Counted from the stretch's first letter, positions 45,569 through 56,457 are shown. The stretch is 64,000 nt of DNA from Planctomycetota bacterium (GCA_038227875.1 JBBRPR010000022.1:1-64000); one strand, 5' to 3'. Numbers and translations: made by a program. Notes: generated by a model from the sequence alone, not told the origin.

Positions 45569-48500
45569 TTATGCATGAACGGTCGTCGCTTTAGAAGCCG
45601 CTTCCTGCGCCTGCGCGACCTCCAGTTCCAGCGCGTCGGTCTTGTGCTGCTTGCGTCGAACGATGGTGTAAATCACCGGCACAAAAAACAACGTGGCGAA
45701 GGTTGCGCAGATCAGTCCGCCGATCACCGCGCGGCCCAGCGGCGCGTTCTGCTCACCGCCCTCCCCCAGCCCGAGGCTCATCGGCAGCATCCCCAGGATC
45801 ATCGCCAGCGCCGTCATCAAGACCGGGCGCAGGCGCGTGACGCCGGCGATCCACGCGGCATCCATCGCCGACTGGCCTTCGGCGCGTTGATCGTTGGCGA
45901 AGGTGACGAGCAAAATACTGTTGGCCGTCGCCGTCCCGATGCTCATGATCGCGCCCATCAGCGAGGGCACGCAGATGTTGGTGCCGGTGGCGAACAGCAT
46001 CCACAGAATTCCCGCCAGCGCGCCGGGCAAGGCCATCAGGATCACGAACGGATCGGACCACGATTGGAAATTCACGACCAGCAGGAGATAGACAAGCAGC
46101 ACGGCGAAGATCAAGCCGAACGACAAGCCGCGGAACGACGTCCGCATGCTTTCAACCTGGCCGCGGATGATGACCGTGGTGCCGCGCGGCAGCTTGGGGC
46201 GAACTTTCGTCACGGGATCGGGCGGGCCGCCGACTTCGTCGAGCACTCTGTCGACGCCGGCGGCGACGCGGCCGAGATCCTGGTCCTGCACGCCGGCGAG
46301 CACATCGAACGTCGGCGCCACGGCGTAGTGCGTGATGTTCACCGGACTGAAACTGCGTGTGACGGCTCCGAGGTTGCCCAGCAATTGCGGGTTGGCCTGG
46401 TTGCCGACGGTTACCGGCGTGTTATTGATGCCGGTGACGGAATTCATTTTGTACTGCGGCGTTTGCACGGCGAGGATGTACTGCACGCCGGTTTTCGGAT
46501 CGAGCCAGTAGTTCGGCGCGGCCTGTCCGCTGGAACTGAGCGAGACCAGTACGTCGCCGGCAACATCACGCTGCGACACGCCCAGCTGGCTGGCCATGGT
46601 GCGATCGACGTCGATATGCAGTTCCGGCGCGTTGGGAACCTGCTGCAGATGCGCGTCGACGGCACCCGGAATCGCGGACATCTTGTCGCGGATCAAATAT
46701 GCAAGCTTCAAGTTCTCTGGAATGTTGCGCCGCGGCCCGGCGATCTGGACGTCGATCGGCGCCGGCAGCCCGAAGTTCAAGACCTGCGTGCTGATATCCG
46801 GCGGCTGAAAGTAGACCACCAGTTCGGGGAACTGCTGCGCCAGCTGGGTGCGGATCTCCTTCACGTATTCGGCGGTTGGGCGGTGTTCTTCCGCGAGCGT
46901 GATCGAGATTTCGCCGTCAGCGCTGGAGATCAGCGAACCGTCGCTCAGAGCCAGATTGATGCCGCTGTTGGGAATGCCAATGTTGTCGAGTGCGGTCTTG
47001 AGCTCCGCGGGTGGAATGATCTTGTGGACGACGTCCTCGACTTTCGCGAAGTAGCGTTCGGTTTCTTCGATGCGTGTGCCGGGCGGCGCGCGGACGTGGA
47101 AACGGATCTGTCCGGCATCGACAGTCGGGAAGAAATCCTGGCCGATCAACAGCACCAGTCCGCACGACGAGGTGACGAAGAGCAGGAAGGCCACGATCAC
47201 GGCCGCGCGATGGTCCAGCGCCCACGCCAGCCAGCCGCCGTAGATGCGGCGCATGCCGTTGAAGAGCTGATTGAAAATGTCGTGAATGTGCCAGAATAGC
47301 GAGCGCTTGGGTTCGGAGTCCGCATTGCTGTGCGCCAGTTCGCGTTCCACTTCAGGTCCGAGCAGATAATGGATCATCGTCGGCACCAGCGTGCGGCTGA
47401 GGAAGTAGGAAGTCATCATCGCGAAGACCACGGACATGGCCAACGGGGTGAACAGGCTTTTCGCCGCGCCGCTGATGAAGACGACCGGCACGAAGACGAT
47501 GCAGATGCATAAGGTGGAAACAAACGCCGGCATGGCGATCTGCTGGGCGCCGTCGAGGATGGCTTGGATGATTGGCTTGCGCATGTGGATGTTGCGATGG
47601 ACGTTTTCGATTTCCACCGTCGCATCGTCGACCAGGATGCCGACGGCCAGCGCCATGCCGCCGAGGGTCATGACATTCAGCGTCTGGCCCAGCGCCGCGA
47701 GAATCATGATCGCGACGAGAATCGAGAGCGGAATGGAAATGCAGACGATGATGGTACTGCGCCACGAGCCCAGGAAGAGCAGGATCATCAGCGCCGTCAA
47801 TCCGGCGGCGATGCCGGCTTCCTTGACGACGCCGGAGATGGCGGCGCGCACGAAGATCGACTGATCGTTAACCAGGGAACAATTCAGTTCCTTGGGCATG
47901 GTCGCCTGTACAGCGGGGAGATTGGCTTTGACGCCATCGACGATGTCCAGCGTCGACGCGCCGCTCTTCAGCACAGGCTGGAGGACGCCGCGAGTGCCGT
48001 TGACGTTGACAATGTTGGTCTGCGGAATGGCGCCGTCGCGCACGTGACCGATGTCGCGGACGTAGACGGTGCGCCCCTTGATGGTCTTCACGGGGAGGTC
48101 GTTGAGTTCGTCGATCGTTTTCGTGCTGGAGTTCAAGCGGATCTGGAATTCCGTCATGCCGATCTTGGACGTACCGCTGGGCAGAATCAGATTCTGATTG
48201 CTCAGCGCAGTCGACACGTCCTGTGGCGAAAGGTTGAAGCCGTAGAGTTTCTCGGGATCGATGTCGACCATCACCTGGCGCTGCTTGCCGCCATACGGAT
48301 AGGGAATCTGCGCTCCTGGAACCGATGCCATGCCCGGACGCAGGACATTTGTGGTGAGGTCGAAGATCTGTTGCTCGGAGAGCGTGTCGCTACCCAGCGA
48401 GGCCTGCACGATCGGCACGTTGCTGGCACTGTAACGGATCACCAGGGGCGGAGTGGTTCCCGGCGGCATGCCGCGGATGACGCCCTGCGCAGCGGAGGTA

Positions 48501-48826
48501 ATCTGCGCGATTGCATTGGGAACATTGGCGCCGGGCTGCAGGTAGATTTTGACGATGGCTTCGCCGGAGATCGACTGACTTTCAATGTGTTCGATATCGC
48601 TGACCACGGAGACAAGAACACGCTCGAACGTGCCAGTGATGCGCGTCTCCATCTCTTCGGCGGGAAGGCCCTGGTAATTCCAGATCGTGGCGCAGACGGG
48701 GATGTCAATTTCCGGGAAGATGTCCTTGGACATCCGCGAAATGGTGAAAACGCCAGCGACCGCGATGAGCACGGCCATAACCACAAACGTATAGGGGCGT
48801 CGGAGAGCAAGTGCGACAATCCACAT
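45569..48826 (-). CDS. RND efflux permease (AcrB/CusA superfamily)
   Basis: DIFPEID, GILVDDATVEIEN, RLRPVLMT, APLGRAVIGGL; 1085 aa. Confidence 0.96.
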   Translation of the reverse strand: MWIVALALRRPYTFVVMAVLIAVAGVFTISRMSKDIFPEIDIPVCATIWNYQGLPAEEMETRITGTFERVLVSVVSDIEHIESQSISGEAIVKIYLQPGANVPNAIAQITSAAQGVIRGMPPGTTPPLVIRYSASNVPIVQASLGSDTLSEQQIFDLTTNVLRPGMASVPGAQIPYPYGGKQRQVMVDIDPEKLYGFNLSPQDVSTALSNQNLILPSGTSKIGMTEFQIRLNSSTKTIDELNDLPVKTIKGRTVYVRDIGHVRDGAIPQTNIVNVNGTRGVLQPVLKSGASTLDIVDGVKANLPAVQATMPKELNCSLVNDQSIFVRAAISGVVKEAGIAAGLTALMILLFLGSWRSTIIVCISIPLSILVAIMILAALGQTLNVMTLGGMALAVGILVDDATVEIENVHRNIHMRKPIIQAILDGAQQIAMPAFVSTLCICIVFVPVVFISGAAKSLFTPLAMSVVFAMMTSYFLSRTLVPTMIHYLLGPEVERELAHSNADSEPKRSLFWHIHDIFNQLFNGMRRIYGGWLAWALDHRAAVIVAFLLFVTSSCGLVLLIGQDFFPTVDAGQIRFHVRAPPGTRIEETERYFAKVEDVVHKIIPPAELKTALDNIGIPNSGINLALSDGSLISSADGEISITLAEEHRPTAEYVKEIRTQLAQQFPELVVYFQPPDISTQVLNFGLPAPIDVQIAGPRRNIPENLKLAYLIRDKMSAIPGAVDAHLQQVPNAPELHIDVDRTMASQLGVSQRDVAGDVLVSLSSSGQAAPNYWLDPKTGVQYILAVQTPQYKMNSVTGINNTPVTVGNQANPQLLGNLGAVTRSFSPVNITHYAVAPTFDVLAGVQDQDLGRVAAGVDRVLDEVGGPPDPVTKVRPKLPRGTTVIIRGQVESMRTSFRGLSFGLIFAVLLVYLLLVVNFQSWSDPFVILMALPGALAGILWMLFATGTNICVPSLMGAIMSIGTATANSILLVTFANDQRAEGQSAMDAAWIAGVTRLRPVLMTALAMILGMLPMSLGLGEGGEQNAPLGRAVIGGLICATFATLFFVPVIYTIVRRKQHKTDALELEVAQAQEAASKATTVHA

Positions 48827-49124
48827 CGGTCAGCGACCTCATTCCCAGAGGTGACAAAGGCCGAGACTATTCGTCTCATGCTTGAGAATAATGTACCATA
48901 CGGTAGGCAATGTTCTATTAAAGTATACGTAAACGTACTAGTTTTTATAAATTACTGTCGGTCATATATTCTGCAAACTCTCGGTCAGTTATGTGTTTAT
49001 GCCAGGGTCCGCGCACCCGGCGTTGCAACCCTTGAGGTGGATTCGGAATGCGCTATGTTGAATGAAAATGACCATGGAGACCGTGGTCCCCATGGTTAGA
49101 AATAAGCAATTTTGTGATCGAAAA

Positions 49125-49982
49125 CTATATTGCGCGCAACACCGCTACCTGCTTCAACGTTTCGCTGGTGATCGCCAGGAAGTCTTCCTTGGTCAGCCCG
49201 ATACTCGTGGCCAGCTGATCGGGAATACTTACCTTAAAGGTGCGACGGTTATCGATCGCGGTGGACTCGACGCTGTGAGCCACGTGATCGGCGACGGCCA
49301 AAATGCGCCACGAATCCTTGGTTGAGGCGTCGCTGGGCTTGTCGTGGTGAGCGGCAATCGGCTTGACGACCAGGTCGGGAATCTTCCAGAACCGCAGCAG
49401 TTCTGCGCCGAGCGAGGCGTGTTGCGTACCGTAAATCTGCTGCTCGCGTTTCACCAGCTCTTCGCCAAAGAGTTGACCTTTGTTGCACAGTTCCAGATAG
49501 TCTTTTCCGGCCTGAGCCAGCAGGAGTTTGCCGATGTCGTGCAGAATTCCAGCGGTGAAGAAAAGGTCGGCGAAGCGGGGATTTAAGCGGCGGGCGAGTG
49601 TGCGCGCGAAGATGCCGGTCTTGAGCGAGTGGTCCCACTGCTCAGCGAAGAATTGTTCCATCTGCGGCGTGGTAGCCTTGAACATTTCTTTACCTTTGCA
49701 GGCGGCGGCGATCGACCAGATTTCGGTATAGCCCAGCCGCACGATGGCGTCATCAACGCTGCGGACAGTACGTACCGAGCCGTAGAATGCGGAATTGGCC
49801 GACTTCAGAATCTGTGCCGTCAGGCTGGCGTCTGACGAGAGCATGTCGACAAGTTTGTCGTTCTGCTGCTTGGCGTTGTTGAGCGCCTCAACCAGGCTCA
49901 GGAAGACGGTGGGGCAGACTGGAATTTTGATGTTGCGCTTCAGGATTTCTTCCAGCGTGAGCGGTTGCAGGGTTGAGACCAT
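49125..49982 (-). CDS. HDOD domain signalling protein
   Basis: DASLTAQILKSANSAFYG, AIVRLG, WDHS, AGILHDIGK, W.IP..V..PIAAHH; GGGAGG RBS. Confidence 0.92.
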   Translation of the reverse strand: MVSTLQPLTLEEILKRNIKIPVCPTVFLSLVEALNNAKQQNDKLVDMLSSDASLTAQILKSANSAFYGSVRTVRSVDDAIVRLGYTEIWSIAAACKGKEMFKATTPQMEQFFAEQWDHSLKTGIFARTLARRLNPRFADLFFTAGILHDIGKLLLAQAGKDYLELCNKGQLFGEELVKREQQIYGTQHASLGAELLRFWKIPDLVVKPIAAHHDKPSDASTKDSWRILAVADHVAHSVESTAIDNRRTFKVSIPDQLATSIGLTKEDFLAITSETLKQVAVLRAI

Positions 49983-50117
49983 AACATCCTCCCGTGAGCA
50001 GAGACCAATGGCATCCTTCGCTTCCAGATTCATCGGGGGGAAACGTACGAAATTCAGCCAGAAAAAATGTTCAGTGCGGAAATCCGTGCTGAACGCGAGG
50101 TTCAAAATGCGTCTGAA

Positions 50118-52205
50118 CTATTCGCCATCGTGTGCACTGGTGCCGTCGAGTACTTCGCGTACTTTGCGCACAAGTGCGATGGGGGTGAAGGGCTTTTCCA
50201 GGAAATGAATGGGCAGGCCCGGCAGGCTCTCGAGGTTCAACGCGCTGTCAGAATAACCCGACGTCAGCAGCACTTTGATCTCCGGATTTTTCGCGCGCAG
50301 CCGTTCCGCCAGTTCGTGGCCGCCCATCTTGGGCATCACGATGTCGGAGAGCAGCAACTGGATCGCTTCATTTTCCCGCTCGAAGATTTCAATCGCTTCG
50401 GTGCCGTTGGCGGCGACGAGGATCGTGTAGCCGTTGGATTCCAGCATCGCATGAACCAGTTCTCGCACGTTCTGATTGTCTTCGACCAGCAGAATAGTTT
50501 CACGTCCCGCAGCGGTTTTGACACTTGGAATTTGAACCGACGAAGAGGAGGCTTCTCCGTAGGAAATAGGCAGGTAAATCTTGAACGTCGTACCCATGCC
50601 CAGTTCGCTATAAACCTCGACTGAACCGCCGCTCTGCTTGACGATGCCGTAGACGGTGGAAAGCCCCAGTCCGGTACCCTTCCCCTGCTCTTTGGTGGTG
50701 AAGAACGGTTCGAAAATGCGCGCGCGAACGCCTTCTTCCATGCCGGATCCGGTATCGCTGACGGCCAGCATCACGTATTCGCCGGGGGTGACGTCCGGAT
50801 GCGAGCGGCAGTAATCCTCGGAAAGCGTGACGTTTCCAGTTTCGATCAAAATCCGCCCGCCGTTGGGCATCGCGTCGCGGGAATTGACGACCAGGTTCAT
50901 CAGCACCAGTTCGATCTGCCCGGGATCGACCTTCACGACTTTCAACGCCGGCGAGAGCTTGGCGGAGAGCGTGATGCTCTCGGGAATCAAGCGCCGCAGC
51001 ATCTGGTCCATGTTCGCGGCGACCTTGTTCAGGTCGAGAATCTTCGGTTCGAGAATCTGGCGGCGGCTGAAGGCGAGCAGCTGGCGCGTCAGCGAGGTGG
51101 CGCGATCGCCGGTCTTGCGGATCAGCTCCAGATACTGCTGCAGTTTGTCATCCGGGGCCAGGCTGTCGCTGAGTAACTGGCAGCAGCCGTTGATCACGGT
51201 CAGCATGTTGTTGAAGTCGTGCGCCAGGCCACCGGCGAGTTTGCCGACCGCCTCGAGCTTTTGCGAATGGTTGAGCTGCTCTTCGAGCCGCGTGCTGGCC
51301 ACTTCGGCGAGTTTGCGGTTGATGCCCAGCGCAATCGTGTCGGCGCTGGCGCCCAGCGAGGTCAGCAGGAATGGGCTGATCGACCGGGGCATGGTAATGC
51401 CCAGCACGCCGATCACGCGTTCTTCGACCATCAGCGGATAGCAGGCGACGGCCACGACGTCGGGATGGACCATCCAGGCTTCGTTGCGGCAGGCGGGGTG
51501 GCTTTGAACATCGTTGGAAAGGAATTTTTCGCGCGAGCGAGCCACTTCCCCGATGATCGTATGGCCCAGCGCAATGCTGGGGCAAATTTCGTCCTTCGCG
51601 CCGGCGCATCCTTGCAGTTCAAGCGTCGCATTGACATTGAGCGTCCAGATCGCGGCGGAGACTGCGTCGAGCTGTTCGACCAGAGAGGTCAGGCAGGAGT
51701 TCAGAATTTCTGCAAGACTGTTCTTGGCCGTGAGCACCGTAGCGACTTCGGCGGCGAGCGCGGCGACGGCGGATTTCTCCAGCACGGCGTCTTCGGCAAG
51801 TTTGCGTTCGGTGATGTCCTGTGAGACGCCGGCGATGCGTACGACCTTTTTGCCGGCATCGTCGAAAATTGGAAAGACGCGGTCCCAGACACAGCGCACC
51901 GATCCGTCGGGCCGGTTGATGCGGTATTCAAAATCGACGCGGCTTTCGGTGGATAGCGTCAGCGCCTGAATCCGGGCGCGGTCGCGGGGATGGACGGACT
52001 GCAGAAACGATTCGGGATGGTCGTAGAGACTCTGGCAGCTCCGTCCAAAAAGCTGCTCATAACCCGGGCTGACGTAGTGCATCACGTCGCGTTTGGGCGA
52101 GGACATCCAGAACACTTCGGTGACGACCTGTGAAAGCTGACGTAAACATTCGTCGCTTTCGCGCTGACGGTTGTGCTCCGAATTGCCGAGCGGAGTGGAA
52201 TCCAT
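50118..52205 (-). CDS. cytoplasmic hybrid histidine kinase PAS-GAF-HisKA-HATPase-REC (CckA-like)
   Basis: PAS with WDRVFP/PAC, GAF, GGLAHDFNN, NLVVNSRDAM, FEPFFTTK, GTGLGL, C-terminal REC LLSDIVMP. Confidence 0.93.
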   Translation of the reverse strand: MDSTPLGNSEHNRQRESDECLRQLSQVVTEVFWMSSPKRDVMHYVSPGYEQLFGRSCQSLYDHPESFLQSVHPRDRARIQALTLSTESRVDFEYRINRPDGSVRCVWDRVFPIFDDAGKKVVRIAGVSQDITERKLAEDAVLEKSAVAALAAEVATVLTAKNSLAEILNSCLTSLVEQLDAVSAAIWTLNVNATLELQGCAGAKDEICPSIALGHTIIGEVARSREKFLSNDVQSHPACRNEAWMVHPDVVAVACYPLMVEERVIGVLGITMPRSISPFLLTSLGASADTIALGINRKLAEVASTRLEEQLNHSQKLEAVGKLAGGLAHDFNNMLTVINGCCQLLSDSLAPDDKLQQYLELIRKTGDRATSLTRQLLAFSRRQILEPKILDLNKVAANMDQMLRRLIPESITLSAKLSPALKVVKVDPGQIELVLMNLVVNSRDAMPNGGRILIETGNVTLSEDYCRSHPDVTPGEYVMLAVSDTGSGMEEGVRARIFEPFFTTKEQGKGTGLGLSTVYGIVKQSGGSVEVYSELGMGTTFKIYLPISYGEASSSSVQIPSVKTAAGRETILLVEDNQNVRELVHAMLESNGYTILVAANGTEAIEIFERENEAIQLLLSDIVMPKMGGHELAERLRAKNPEIKVLLTSGYSDSALNLESLPGLPIHFLEKPFTPIALVRKVREVLDGTSAHDGE

Positions 52206-52452
52206 CCGTAGCCCTTTGTACGGCTAACAATCAACGGCTACTGACGGACGTAGCGACCTGGGGAATGGACAATTCCTAATTGTTGATTATGAAGCAACCT
52301 CTGTCGACTTTTCTGCACAATGCGATGTTTGAGCCGTTGGAAATTATTGTAGGTAACATTCTGAAAGTCAATAAAAATACATAAGCTCAAGGGAAGGCTT
52401 TTATTAAGACAGTATAAATCGGCTGTTATTGCCTTGCAGATCGAGGGGTTAA

Positions 52453-52809
52453 TCATGACTTGCCGGTCACGGCGATGCGTTCCATGGCCATTTTGCTCTG
52501 GAGCAGCTGCAGCGCCATCTGGTGGGTCATGGAGTTCTTGTTCATCTCGGCGAGTTCTTTTTCGACGCTCACATTGTTGCCGTCGGCTCGCGGCATGTCA
52601 GTGGTGTCATCCTTGACGGCGAATTGCGCGGTCTCCGGGTGGCCGGCGCTGACCGCATCGGCCAGTTCCTGTTCAAAGTTCACGTCCTTGCGCGTGTAGC
52701 CGGGAGTATCGACGTTGGCGAGGTTGTTGGAGAGTACCTTGTGCCGCATCGCGGTGGCGTCAAGGAGCTGCACCAGGGTTTGCGTGGCCACATCCATTTT
52801 CGTTTTCAT
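52453..52809 (-). CDS. flgB: flagellar basal-body rod protein FlgB
   Basis: RHKVLSNNLANVDTPGY, RADGNNVSVEKE; AGGAG RBS. Confidence 0.92.
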   Translation of the reverse strand: MKTKMDVATQTLVQLLDATAMRHKVLSNNLANVDTPGYTRKDVNFEQELADAVSAGHPETAQFAVKDDTTDMPRADGNNVSVEKELAEMNKNSMTHQMALQLLQSKMAMERIAVTGKS

Positions 52810-52834
52810 CGCGGACTCCTTTTCACAACCCAAC

Positions 52835-55066
52835 TCAACCGTGCGCTTTGGTGGCGGCCGGTACGGCGGGCAGTTCTTCGCGTTCCTTCTGCAGGTTGCT
52901 CAGCCACTTCAACTTTTCGACTTTCCATTTCGCATCGTGAAGGATGTCGGCAATCTCGGCGCCGGTTTCGTTGGCGTTGACGGTGAGCAGTTTTTCATAG
53001 CCCTTGATCGCGTCGTCCAGTTTTCCAGAGCGCTGGTCCATCAGCGCCAACTGGTACATGGCGATGGAGACCAGCATCGGGTTCTTCGGTTCGGTGGTGA
53101 GACCGGAGAAGATCTCGCGCGCTTCGCCATCGCGGCCCAGTTGCTGGAGCAGGAACGCGCGGCGGATTTTGATCTGCGCGGCCCGTTCGGAGTTGACGGT
53201 CATGTGGAGCATTTCGTCGTAAAGCGCCGCGCCGCGCTTGAGATCGGTGGAGCGTTCCTGGATTTCGGCGATCTTGATCATCGCCTGCGCCGAGGCCAGT
53301 GAGTTGGGCTGCGTGCGCATGATTTCTTTCAAGATCGCCACCGCTTCAGAACCCTTGCCGTTCTGGTCGAGCAGTTCGGCTTCCTCCAAGTCGGCGACGG
53401 TGGTCATGTCGCTGGCCGGCCAGTCGCGATGGAGCTGATCGAGACGCTTCTGCACGCCTTCCTTGTCGTTGCCCAGCCGCATCGCGCGGATGCCCGCGCA
53501 CAGCGCCTGGGGCTCGTACTGTTCGCGGGCTTCGTAGGGAGCTTCCAGCAGATTCTTGAGCAGAAGATTGACCTGGTCGTTGGCGTGATCCACCATTTCG
53601 ACGGCGAGGAAGCACTGCGCACACTTCAGGCGCGATTCGATGGCGAACGACGCCTTCGGATGCTGGTCGGCGGCGCTGGCGTAACTGCGCGCGGCGCTGA
53701 GCATGTCGCCTTCTTCGTCATAGGTGCGGGCGATGCCGTATTGGGCGGTGGCGTGAACGTTGTCGCTGTAACGCGGTCCCATCAGGCCCGTCAGCGTGGC
53801 GCGGGCGTCGCCGTGCTTGCCGGCGAGAATCTGCACCTCCGCGAGCTTCATCGCAATTGGCGTGTTCTGACTGTCGAGTCCCGCGGCGCGCGAGTAACAA
53901 TCGATCGCTTCGGAATACGCTTTGTTTTTGACGTGGATGTCGCCGGCATGTTCCGCTGCGGTGCGGGCGTACTCGGTTCCGGGATGGCCGCGCTCAATGG
54001 TGCGGTATTCGTTGAGCGCTTCCTTGGTTTTGCCCATCTGTGTCAGGCAGTCGGCGGCAGCCAGCAGCGCCGGACCCGCGTGGGAATCGTGCGGGAAGCC
54101 GTCGGCCAGCGTGAGGTACTCTTTGCGCGCCTCTTCGGGCTTGCCGGATACCATCAAGGCGTGCGCCAGGTTGGCGCGGGCGTCGAGGGCTTGTGGCACA
54201 TCAGGGAAGTGTTCCAAGATGTGCCGATTGGAGGCAATCACCTGTGGCCAATCTTCTTCCTGTTCGGCCAGCGACGCCAGACCTGTGTCGGCGTCGAGGA
54301 CCGCCGGCGTGTCGGCGTAAGTGCTGAGCACTTTCTGGTAGACGGCGCGGACATGATTGCGCAGGTCCTGTTCATACGGTGTGAATTTGGTGGTCGGCGC
54401 GATCTTGTGGTGCGCTTCATCGGTTTCATCGAGGAACTTTTCGAGGAAGCCGGTGGGTTTGGTTTCCGCCGCCGGCTCAGTCTGCGCGACAGTCTTCGCA
54501 CCGGAGTCCGGCGCAGGGAGCAGAGTAGTCACCGCCGCAGGAGCGGCAGGCGCAGGCGCTGGCTGCGGCAGATTGGCGCGAGCAGTCACCGATCCGGAGC
54601 GATGATCGTCCTTGGCGCGCTCGAGCATTGCGAGGCGTTTTTCAAACTGCTGGCTGGCGACAGCGACCTGCTGCTTGGTCTGCTGCAGTTGCGCGTCCAT
54701 TCCGGCGACTCTTTGCGTGACGTCCTGCAACTGCTTGTTCTGCGCTTCGGAGCTGGATTCAAACGTGCCGAATTTCTGTTCGACGGCATCAACGCGGTTC
54801 TGGATCTTGTCCTGCGTGTCAGCGATGTTCGCCATCAACTCCAGACTCTGATCGACCGCAGCCGACGTACCGGGGCGGGCCACATCGCGGGGCGGCGGCA
54901 GCGCTTCGCCGCCAGGGCGGACCTTGTACTTGGCTGCGGCTTCGGAAATGTCGCGGACCTGGGGTGTCTTGTGCGGCGGAGGCGCGGCCGCTTCGCGGTG
55001 TACGTTGCAGGACGTCTGCATCAGCAGCGCGCCCCCCGAGCACAGGATCAGCAATAAACGCTTCAC
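52835..55066 (-). CDS. exported coiled-coil + TPR repeat protein (possible lipoprotein)
   Basis: signal peptide ending QTSC, coiled coil, many TPR-like helical pairs; GTGA overlap with the upstream gene. Confidence 0.8.
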   Translation of the reverse strand: MKRLLLILCSGGALLMQTSCNVHREAAAPPPHKTPQVRDISEAAAKYKVRPGGEALPPPRDVARPGTSAAVDQSLELMANIADTQDKIQNRVDAVEQKFGTFESSSEAQNKQLQDVTQRVAGMDAQLQQTKQQVAVASQQFEKRLAMLERAKDDHRSGSVTARANLPQPAPAPAAPAAVTTLLPAPDSGAKTVAQTEPAAETKPTGFLEKFLDETDEAHHKIAPTTKFTPYEQDLRNHVRAVYQKVLSTYADTPAVLDADTGLASLAEQEEDWPQVIASNRHILEHFPDVPQALDARANLAHALMVSGKPEEARKEYLTLADGFPHDSHAGPALLAAADCLTQMGKTKEALNEYRTIERGHPGTEYARTAAEHAGDIHVKNKAYSEAIDCYSRAAGLDSQNTPIAMKLAEVQILAGKHGDARATLTGLMGPRYSDNVHATAQYGIARTYDEEGDMLSAARSYASAADQHPKASFAIESRLKCAQCFLAVEMVDHANDQVNLLLKNLLEAPYEAREQYEPQALCAGIRAMRLGNDKEGVQKRLDQLHRDWPASDMTTVADLEEAELLDQNGKGSEAVAILKEIMRTQPNSLASAQAMIKIAEIQERSTDLKRGAALYDEMLHMTVNSERAAQIKIRRAFLLQQLGRDGEAREIFSGLTTEPKNPMLVSIAMYQLALMDQRSGKLDDAIKGYEKLLTVNANETGAEIADILHDAKWKVEKLKWLSNLQKEREELPAVPAATKAHG

Positions 55067-56280
55067 TTGCGTTCCTCCTTCGAGCGGGACTGCGCGACCA
55101 GACGGATCATTTCAGCATACTTCAGCGATACCCGCGCACGTTCTTCCGAGCTGAGTCCACTGGCGTCGGAGACCCAGGGATTGATCAGGCGCTGCGCTTC
55201 GGCGAGATTTCCTTTTTCGACCGCGCGGCGAACCGAGGCCCACTGATCGTCAGGCACGTTCGGTTTTTCGACGGGCGTTTCTTTGGACATGCTGGGTTTG
55301 TCGTGAGCGACGGGCTTTTCTGGGGCCAGTTCGTTGAGGTCCAGCACTTCAGCGCGCACCAGGCCCTTGGTGTCTTCGCGCTTGGCGCGGTCAAGCTCCA
55401 CGCGCGCCAGTTCAACCAGAGCAGTGGCGTGAACGTCGCGGGGCGCGGGATTCTTGACGAGGTGCTCGAGTTCGTCGCGCGCTTCGTCGCGGCGGCCGAG
55501 GGCAAACATCGATTGCGCGCGCATCAGGCGAACTTCCTGAATGCGGTCGCTCTTGGGGAAGGTCTTCACGAACACGTCCATCGACTGCTGCGCGTCTTCC
55601 CAGCGGCCGAGGTGGGTCAGGCAGAGTCCGGCGCGGTACTGCGCCCATTCCTTGTCGGCAGCGGAGAGATTGGACGTGAGCAGCGAGGCGTAGGAGTCGA
55701 AAGCCTTCTGAAAGCGAAGCTGGGCCGGGAGCGCTTCGGCCTGGTAGGTTGCATCGGCGAGTTGCTTGATCCACATGGTGTCGTCGCGGCCCATGAGGTT
55801 CATGGCCTTCATCGCGATCATGCGGGCGTCATCGTAATTGCCGCGGGTGTAGAGATCATTGTAGCGGAGCTGGAGTTGCTGGACTTCGTCGAGGTCCTTG
55901 GCTTTCTCTTTCTTTTTCTCGTCCTCGATCTTCTTCAGTTCTTCGGGGCTCGGCCGCTTTTCTTCGGCCTTCTTCTCTTCCTTCTTTTCTTCCTTTTTCT
56001 CGTCCTTCTTTTCGCCGTCCTTCTTCTCTTCGCCCTTCTTTTCGTCCGCCTTCTCCCCGCCCTTTTCGGCGCCTTCCTTCTTTTCGGATTCAGGCTTGGC
56101 TTTGGCTTTGTCGGCGGCTTCTTCAGATTTGGCTTCGGCGATCTTGGGATCTTCGCCTTCGATCACAGGTGCGCTGTCGGCTGGAGCCTTCTTGGAGCCG
56201 ATGGCCATCAGGCCGACTCCAAAAATGAGAGCGCCGATCGCGAACGCGCCTCCTAAATTGATAATCATGTCCTTCTTCAT
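55063..56280 (-). CDS. membrane-anchored TPR protein with K/E-rich linker
   Basis: N-terminal TM, KKEEKK-type low-complexity tract, TPR AQYRAGLCL...FVKTFPKS. Confidence 0.8.
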   Translation of the reverse strand: MKKDMIINLGGAFAIGALIFGVGLMAIGSKKAPADSAPVIEGEDPKIAEAKSEEAADKAKAKPESEKKEGAEKGGEKADEKKGEEKKDGEKKDEKKEEKKEEKKAEEKRPSPEELKKIEDEKKKEKAKDLDEVQQLQLRYNDLYTRGNYDDARMIAMKAMNLMGRDDTMWIKQLADATYQAEALPAQLRFQKAFDSYASLLTSNLSAADKEWAQYRAGLCLTHLGRWEDAQQSMDVFVKTFPKSDRIQEVRLMRAQSMFALGRRDEARDELEHLVKNPAPRDVHATALVELARVELDRAKREDTKGLVRAEVLDLNELAPEKPVAHDKPSMSKETPVEKPNVPDDQWASVRRAVEKGNLAEAQRLINPWVSDASGLSSEERARVSLKYAEMIRLVAQSRSKEERK

Positions 56281-56311
56281 GGGCAGTCACCCTTGTAATG
56301 GAGTGAACCAT

Positions 56312-56327
56312 TGCAAAGGTGAGACCA
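56312..56327 (-). promoter_or_regulatory. putative sigma54 (-24/-12) promoter for the TPR-TPR-flgB genes
   Basis: TGGTCT-CACCT-TTGCA, correct GG-N10-GC spacing, ~30 nt above the ATG. Confidence 0.5.
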
Positions 56328-56457
56328 TCGGACACTGCAAAATTTGCCTGATGAACGAAAACCCACCGCTGGCAGGCTCCCTCGCGATCACAACTGATCA
56401 CGGCCAAGGGAGGATTTAGCCCAAAGCACGGGCCCCAAGCGACTTGCAGCGGTCTGG

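Noticed and set aside
48840..49120. AT-rich stretch as a genomic-island boundary
   Set aside because: No direct repeat, tRNA or integrase; it can be explained as the promoter region of the RND operon.
52238..52456. 72-aa ORF after flgB as flgC
   Set aside because: No FlgC motif (e.g. NIANA) and atypical AT-rich composition.
55900..56130. Purine/pyrimidine-skewed low-complexity tract as a DNA repeat element
   Set aside because: Explained by the Lys/Glu-rich linker of the TPR protein on the minus strand.
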